DNA of 64,000 bases from Bacteroidota bacterium (GTDB lineage Bacteria > Bacteroidota > Bacteroidia > Flavobacteriales > Flavobacteriaceae): assembly GCA_040387175.1 (NCBI GenBank), contig JAZKED010000004.1:8210-72209 (forward strand), in the 5' to 3' direction. The notes below the pieces were generated by a model, which was not told the origin of the DNA, ran no database searches, and saw only the letters and a list, made by a program, of their open reading frames with translations. Of the stretch, positions 60,026 through 64,000 are shown one piece after another (the first letter of the stretch is position 1; each line of letters begins with the position of its first letter). The translations under genes were made by a program, and so were the position numbers.

Positions 60026-62059
60026 CTAGAAAACAATTTCTATGGTTGTTCCATTTCCAATAGCAGAAGTAATATTCATAATTCCATTTATTGCTTTAGC
60101 TCTTTCTTTTATGTTTTTTAATCCAATGCCTGGTTTGGATTTTTCAGGATTAAAACCAATTCCATTGTCCCAAATTCGGATAGTTATTTTATCGCCAGTT
60201 TTCAGAAGAAATACACAACAATTTTCGGCTTTTGAATACTTATTACTGTTTTGTAAGGCTTCTTGAATTATTCTATAAACCTGTATTTTAGCATTACTTG
60301 AGACAGATGTCCAATCAATATATTTATCTATAGATACATCAAATTTTGTGTTGTATTGATTTTGTTGAGATGTCACCAAATTAGTTATCATCTCCGGAAC
60401 GGTTTGGTCTTCAAAAAGAAGATTTTGTTTTAAATCGTGAGAAACTCTTCTGATTTCATTCTCTGCTCTTTCCAATTCTTTAACCAATTGTTGTTTTTTA
60501 TCTAAAGCACCCGGTTCTAATTGAATTAAATTAAAACGGGTCGTGAAAATACTATTTACGATACCATCATGTAATTCCATTGCTATTCGATTTCTTTCTT
60601 CGTTACGAGCATGTTCTGTCTCTGATTGCTGACGCAGCATCAATTGATAAATCTTTTCATTAGCCTCTTGTTGTTCCTTTATAAAAAGTAATTCTTTGTT
60701 TCTAGCTTTTAGACGGTATATAACAAAAAAACCTCCTAAAAGAAAAAGAATAATTGCGGATCCAATGATAATATAGGTGTTTCTTTTGGATAAAACTTCA
60801 TTTTTTTCTTCTACCTGATCTGTTTCATAAGCAATACGGGCAAATTTATTTCTGGTAATCCGTTCTACAGTCTGCATACTATCGCTAACTTTGATATATA
60901 AATCTGTGTAGAATTTTCTATTTTTAATATCATTATCTGATAATAATTTTAAAGACTGAAGTGTTAAATCATTATTTTTTATTTTTCTAGCCAATGCTAA
61001 TCCTTCTTTAGTATAAGCAAGACCTTTTAAAGTATCTTTTTTTAAAAAAAAATATTCACCATAATTTATTTTGTTGGAAGCAATTGTTTGTTTTCTATCA
61101 AGACTGTCACTAAGTTTTGATGATTCATTTAAAAGATTGAGAACGTCTTTAAAATCTTCTGATTTCATTTTTGAATAAGCAAGATTATCTAAAAGCATAG
61201 TATATTCTCTAGGAGATTGTTTTTTTAAATCTTTTACCTGCAGTCCTTTATTATAAAAAAGTACAGCTTCTGAATAATTTCCCATTTTTTCATACACCCT
61301 GCCTATATTATTAAAATTGGTTGCTTTGTATACGATTATTTCTTCTTTTGAAAAGTTTTCTTTATTTAATTCTCTTAAAGCCAGATTAAAATAGTCCAGA
61401 GATTTTTTATAATCGTTTAATCCTTTTAATGATAGAGCTATTAAATTATAGCAATGATAAATCAAATTAGTATTTTCGGTTTTAGATAGTAATTGCATCG
61501 CTTTTACAGCCTCTGTCTCACTTTCTGCAAAATTTCCAGTATTATAAATAACTCCTCCTTTTAAAAAAGAAATAGTACCTAACATTAAGGTATCTTTTTT
61601 TATTTTATATAACTTTTCTGATTTGTTATAATAGCTGAAAGCACTATCATAAACTGATTTATTATTATAATAATCGCCTAGATAGTATAATGTCCTCGCC
61701 ATAAGAATAGTATCCTTTTTTTCAATAGACAAGTGATATAGCTTATTGGTTAATTTATAATATTTTTCAAATCTGATTATATTATAATAATTATTAGCGA
61801 CTTCTAAAATCAAATTCCTATTAATAGAATCATTATTATGTGCCAAAAGAAATTGACTCAGGGTATCTAAAGTTATTTCTTTGGTATTATCATCTGATTC
61901 AGAAGTTTCTAGTTTTTTTAAAATAGTAACAACTTCACTTTTATACTCAGCTGAATCTTTACTTTTCTGACAGGATACTATCAAAAAAAAGAGAATTAAT
62001 AACCCAATTACTTTACTTTTTGTTTTCAATTTTTGAATGACTATTTGAATTAGTATCAA
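60026..62059 (-). CDS. TPR-containing sensor histidine kinase (HisKA_3 plus HATPase); start uncertain (TTG 62059 or 62029)
   Basis: Lipobox-like LIVSC, about six TPR-like repeats, one TM (YIIIGSAIILFLLGGFFVIY), H-box RIAMELHDG, N-box QEALQNSNKY, DNGIGF and GIGLKNI. Confidence 0.92.
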   Translation of the reverse strand: MILIQIVIQKLKTKSKVIGLLILFFLIVSCQKSKDSAEYKSEVVTILKKLETSESDDNTKEITLDTLSQFLLAHNNDSINRNLILEVANNYYNIIRFEKYYKLTNKLYHLSIEKKDTILMARTLYYLGDYYNNKSVYDSAFSYYNKSEKLYKIKKDTLMLGTISFLKGGVIYNTGNFAESETEAVKAMQLLSKTENTNLIYHCYNLIALSLKGLNDYKKSLDYFNLALRELNKENFSKEEIIVYKATNFNNIGRVYEKMGNYSEAVLFYNKGLQVKDLKKQSPREYTMLLDNLAYSKMKSEDFKDVLNLLNESSKLSDSLDRKQTIASNKINYGEYFFLKKDTLKGLAYTKEGLALARKIKNNDLTLQSLKLLSDNDIKNRKFYTDLYIKVSDSMQTVERITRNKFARIAYETDQVEEKNEVLSKRNTYIIIGSAIILFLLGGFFVIYRLKARNKELLFIKEQQEANEKIYQLMLRQQSETEHARNEERNRIAMELHDGIVNSIFTTRFNLIQLEPGALDKKQQLVKELERAENEIRRVSHDLKQNLLFEDQTVPEMITNLVTSQQNQYNTKFDVSIDKYIDWTSVSSNAKIQVYRIIQEALQNSNKYSKAENCCVFLLKTGDKITIRIWDNGIGFNPEKSKPGIGLKNIKERAKAINGIMNITSAIGNGTTIEIVF

Positions 62060-62071
62060 AAATATATATTT

Positions 62072-62104
62072 AAAACCAGATAATGTTTTTATTACCTGGT
62101 TTTA
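62072..62104 (-). terminator. Hairpin between the lipopeptide gene and the kinase gene
   Basis: Minus strand AAAACCAGGTAAT-AAAAAC-ATTATCTGGTTTT, starting about 13 nt after the peptide stop. Confidence 0.6.
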
Positions 62105-62117
62105 GTATTTAAAATAA

Positions 62118-62303
62118 TTATTTTTTAATAGGAGGAATAATAACATCTCCCCCGTCTGCTGAAATATCAATAGGTTTTACAATAGTAGCTTTACTTGGAG
62201 TGACTGAATTTTCATTTTGAGTTTCTATAGGGCTATCTTCAGTACAAGAAGACATTGAAACAATAGCAGTAAAACAAACGGCAATAATTAATAGCTTTTT
62301 CAT
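62118..62303 (-). CDS. 61-aa putative lipopeptide (SPase II signal; probable start ATG 62303)
   Basis: MKKLLIIAVCFTAIVSMSS-C, then a low-complexity linker and C-terminal ADGGDVIIPPIKK. Confidence 0.75.
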   Translation of the reverse strand: MKKLLIIAVCFTAIVSMSSCTEDSPIETQNENSVTPSKATIVKPIDISADGGDVIIPPIKK

Positions 62304-62745
62304 AAAAATATAATTTAAAAAATTAGATAATAATTTAGTATGGCGTTCCATTCTGGAATACCTATTTTTAAGAAAAACTGGGAATTAGTTTATTCTAGAC
62401 TACCAAGAATGACATCACTTTACCAGCGAATTTTTCCCCATTCTCGATAATGATTTTTCAAAAAAGAGATTGATTTGTGAATCAAACTCAGGGCAAATTA
62501 ACAGGTTAAAAATCATTATTTTATCTAATTTCAGATCCATCTTGTGAGTGTGTTCATTACACTAGCATAAGGGTATATCGAAATGGTGAAACCCTAAGTT
62601 TTGAAAATAGCAATAAACTATCATTAAGACTACTCTTTGAAATACAAGGAATTAACGTGTTAAATTTAAAGTGTTAATGCAAATTTTGCTATAAAATAAT
62701 TACACATTAAAAATTTAATATGAATAGAAGAAATAGAAAAAAAAA

Positions 62746-63459
62746 CTAAATATTAATTTTTCTAATTATAGCTTCAACATTATCTCTATAGTTAAGAGAA
62801 AAAGGCAAGATTATATCATAATTCAGATAACACTTTGATTTGCTAAAATGAATTCTTGAAACCTGATTGATATTCACAATATAACTTTTGTGAATTCTTA
62901 AAAAATAGAAAGGCAAAGTGGTTTCAAAATGCTTTAAAGTTTTAAAAGCATTTACGGTATTGCCATTGTATAATTGAATGTCGGTAGTATTGTTATCAGA
63001 CTTCAGATAAAGAATATCTTGCAAAGCAACAAAATGATAATCACTATAGGATTTAATACAAATAGTTGAAACATTTGGTACTGGATTTCTTTTTTCAAAT
63101 TGGAATAAGCTTTTTCCCAATTGATGTATCTGTAATGGCATTAAGACATAATCTGAAAATCCCGATTGTATAGCTGTAAAAGCATAATCCGGAGTTATAG
63201 ATAATGCCATAAAATATGGAATTGCATCTAAATATTGAAAGGATTCTTTTATAATTTCAAAAATAAAATTAGTATCTTTCGATTTAGCTGGAATTTGAAC
63301 AATTACCAATTGTGGCTTTAGTTTTATGATTTCTTTTATGGCAGTTTGACTATCTTTGACAATTCCAGCGCAAAAATAATTTGGAAAATTTTCGAATACA
63401 TCTAAAATTTCCTTTACTGTGCTGTCGTTATTATCAATAATAAGGAATGAAAAACGCAT
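62746..63459 (-). CDS. LytTR-family regulator with a pseudo-receiver domain
   Basis: LytTR domain (DILYLKSDNNTT...FLRIHKSYIVN). The receiver lacks the second acidic residue (IIDNN), the phosphoacceptor Asp (LVIVQI) and the Lys (DYVLMP). Confidence 0.88.
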   Translation of the reverse strand: MRFSFLIIDNNDSTVKEILDVFENFPNYFCAGIVKDSQTAIKEIIKLKPQLVIVQIPAKSKDTNFIFEIIKESFQYLDAIPYFMALSITPDYAFTAIQSGFSDYVLMPLQIHQLGKSLFQFEKRNPVPNVSTICIKSYSDYHFVALQDILYLKSDNNTTDIQLYNGNTVNAFKTLKHFETTLPFYFLRIHKSYIVNINQVSRIHFSKSKCYLNYDIILPFSLNYRDNVEAIIRKINI

Positions 63460-63562
63460 AAATTCATACTAAAATAAGGAGACTGCAATCTAAACAAGAA
63501 CAAATTTCTTTTGGTGCAGAAAAACTGCCTATTTTGTTAAAATTTAAATAATATAATTTATA

Positions 63563-64000
63563 ATGAATATACTCTTAGTAGATGACCATCCTATGACGGT
63601 AGAAGGGTTTATGAATGCTCTTTTAAAGTCAAATTTTTTAAAGGACGAACCTGTTTTTACCAAAATACATACTTGCGAAGGAGCTTATAATATTATTGAG
63701 AAAGCTATTAATATCCAAAATTTATTTGAGTTAGCTATTTTGGATCAAGGATTACCAAACTATCCTGAACAATCTATTGAATCAGGAAGTGATTTAGCCC
63801 TTTTGATTAAAAAACACATGCCTGACTGCAAAATCATAATGGTCACAGCCCATACAGAAGTTATTATAATATATGACATTGCAAAAAAAGTTAGACCTGA
63901 TGGACTGGTTATCAAAAATGATATTACACCTGATAACTTACAGGAAATAGTAACAGAAGTCATAGAAGGTGGATTATACCATAGTCCTATGGTAAAAAGT
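63563..64000 (+). CDS. Canonical response regulator receiver (probably NarL/LuxR type), runs off the right edge
   Basis: Hand translation: MNILLVDDHP...LAILDQGLP...IIMVTAH...LVIKND...YHSPMVKS, with no stop in the window. Confidence 0.85.
   Translation, partial: MNILLVDDHPMTVEGFMNALLKSNFLKDEPVFTKIHTCEGAYNIIEKAINIQNLFELAILDQGLPNYPEQSIESGSDLALLIKKHMPDCKIIMVTAHTEVIIIYDIAKKVRPDGLVIKNDITPDNLQEIVTEVIEGGLYHSPMVKS

Noticed and set aside
4443-60266. About 50 short (60-161 aa) track ORFs nested in or antisense to recognised genes, e.g. 10043-10435, 50823-51308, 51693-52076
   Set aside because: They overlap well-supported genes, have no recognisable motifs, and show the composition expected of reverse-frame translation.
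63760-63963. Minus-strand 67-aa ORF
   Set aside because: Shadow of the plus-strand response regulator starting at 63563.
57984-64000. Right-end block as a mobile element or prophage
   Set aside because: It looks AT-rich and accessory, but no integrase, transposase, att-like repeat or phage gene is visible in the window.

Overview
Flavobacterium-type (Bacteroidota) chromosomal segment, mostly housekeeping: leuA-leuB-ilvD-ilvB-ilvN-ilvC, a hisG-D-C-B-H-A-F-IE operon with an unannotated His-rich attenuator leader, pckA, sucD, fabG, the lpxD-lpxC/fabZ-lpxA-efp block and the HD-hydrolase/porX/tsaE locus. Accessory content includes a type III PKS plus mini type II FAS cluster (11972-17448), a DUF294 nucleotidyltransferase paired with a degenerate DEDDh protein, and a pepA broken by one in-frame TAA. 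An AT-rich block at the right end carries the most interesting feature: a candidate peptide-signalling cassette made of a 61-aa lipopeptide, a lipobox- and TPR-bearing HisKA_3 sensor kinase, a pseudo-receiver LytTR regulator and a divergent canonical response regulator. Many operon junctions hold hairpins built from tandem 7-8 nt units, and two of them share a near-identical 41-nt arm. Two long genes missed by the ORF track run off the window ends (a PAS-PAS-GAF sensor and a response regulator). I saw no tRNA, rRNA, CRISPR array or transposase. All family assignments come from motif recognition by eye; no searches were run.
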